This document shows positions 63,098-64,000 of a stretch of 64,000 bases of DNA, one piece after another. How positions within the stretch are numbered: the first letter of the stretch is position 1; each line of letters starts with the position of its first letter. Made by a program: the position numbers and the translations under genes. The notes under the pieces are model-generated. The model worked only from the letters and a program-made list of their open reading frames with translations, ran no database searches and was not told the DNA's origin. This DNA is from Alphaproteobacteria bacterium (GTDB lineage Bacteria; Pseudomonadota; Alphaproteobacteria; GCA-2746255), in contig OZ252220.1 in NCBI GenBank assembly GCA_965249135.1, forward strand, positions 1,856,001 to 1,920,000, read 5' to 3'.

Positions 63098-64000
63098 ACT
63101 GGCGCCGTGGCGAACAACAGGATCGCGATGTCACGGGTGCTGGCGAGCCGGTTCTCGATATAAAGCTTGCCGTCCGTATGGGCTGAATAGGTGATCGTGT
63201 TGGGATTTCCCGTCGTCCCGGTCAAGGCGCCGGTCGTCGATTCGACGCCGGTGATGTTCGCAATCAGGTCACAAAAGGGGAAGGTCGCCACCCGCCAAGA
63301 GAAGAGCGCACCTGCCGAATCCCCCAACTGGTTGAGTCCAAAGGCAAGCGTGATTCCACCATTGGCAGGTGGCGTAAAGCTGGTTGCCGTATCCGTCGCG
63401 AGGGAAAATGTCTGGAAGTCCACCTTGGTCCCCGCCAGCGTCTTCAGGATTTCCCAGCCAAGGTCGGTACCGGCGGCATTGACTTTCAGCACCTGATCCG
63501 CCGTTCCAAGCGCCAGTCGCTGGGCGGCCGAAGCGCCTCGGGCAACAAGATCTCCTTGCGTCGTAAGAAGATCGAGTTCGTTACCGGAAACCGTGATTTC
63601 GTTCGCATCCGAAGAAAGACCGACACCACTGCCGGCGACAAGGGATTTGAAGCGAAGGGTAACCCCGGATTTTTGCGCGAAAACTCCCTCGCCGCCGCCC
63701 AGGTTGAGACCGTCGTTCGACTCACCGCCAAGATCGGGATCGGCTTGCGTCGCGGCCCGGTCATAAACCGCCGGTTCACCGAACTGTCCGAAGCTAAGCA
63801 GCTTGTCTGCCCGGGTTGCGACCGGTGGCAAAGACATATCCGTGTCGATGTCGTGTACATCTTGGTGAAGCGCGTCCTGGGCAACGCTTTCCACCGTTTG
63901 TACAAACATCGTAAGTTTATCGAGCTCCTCGTTGATGATAGAGGCACGGAAATCTCCCCCTTCCTGAAAATCCGTGCTGCGCGCGACCGGCATGTCCCGG
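63094..64000 (-). CDS. Phage tail fibre protein (T7 gp17-like N-terminal region), 5'-truncated by window
   Basis: R.TDF..GG.FRA..IN.ELD.L...VQ anchor-type motif; fibre motifs N.GGGEGVFAQKSG..L.FKSL.AG and TTQGDL...QRLALGT..QVLKV.......W. Confidence 0.8.
   Translation of the reverse strand, partial: RDMPVARSTDFQEGGDFRASIINEELDKLTMFVQTVESVAQDALHQDVHDIDTDMSLPPVATRADKLLSFGQFGEPAVYDRAATQADPDLGGESNDGLNLGGGEGVFAQKSGVTLRFKSLVAGSGVGLSSDANEITVSGNELDLLTTQGDLVARGASAAQRLALGTADQVLKVNAAGTDLGWEILKTLAGTKVDFQTFSLATDTATSFTPPANGGITLAFGLNQLGDSAGALFSWRVATFPFCDLIANITGVESTTGALTGTTGNPNTITYSAHTDGKLYIENRLASTRDIAILLFATAPV

Larger units (their letters stand above)
60031..64000 (-). mobile_element. Podovirus-like packaging/lysis module (prophage remnant or GTA-like element), continuing beyond window
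   Basis: Six co-oriented, overlapping or abutting genes: tail fibre, hypothetical, terL, membrane protein, hydrolase, holin. Confidence 0.75.

Overview
A GC-rich alphaproteobacterial chromosome segment, Rhodospirillales-like by gene content (inference). Most of it is housekeeping: yidC-engB-argB, dapDE, truA-fmt-def, rmuC-pmbA, a lipid A/Kdo cluster (msbA-like, DUF374, waaA, lpxK), xseA, purD, tadA, rluB-like, rsmD, mutL-pgi, an M16 peptidase pair, lspA-ileS-ribF, tRNA-Leu(CAA), coq7, ctaA, cysHDNC, a CIRCE-groESL operon and pyrD. Four things stand out. (1) A T7/podovirus-type late-gene module at the right end (tail fibre, large terminase, cell-wall hydrolase, GTA-type 3TM holin) with no visible integrase or att site on its left side; it is a candidate domesticated GTA-like element or prophage remnant. 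(2) MutL carries Ala at position 58, the exact equivalent of the ATP-binding-defective E. coli D58A allele, and several accessory genes carry single lesions. (3) A Rieske oxygenase has two in-frame TGA codons, both at conserved Trp positions. (4) An accessory block beside the tRNA 3' end (desaturase, Rieske, macrodomain, Ntn acylase, tandem DUF547, GT87-like, GT2), plus CtrA-like boxes upstream of both diguanylate cyclases. All family calls come from motif recognition by eye; no database search was run.
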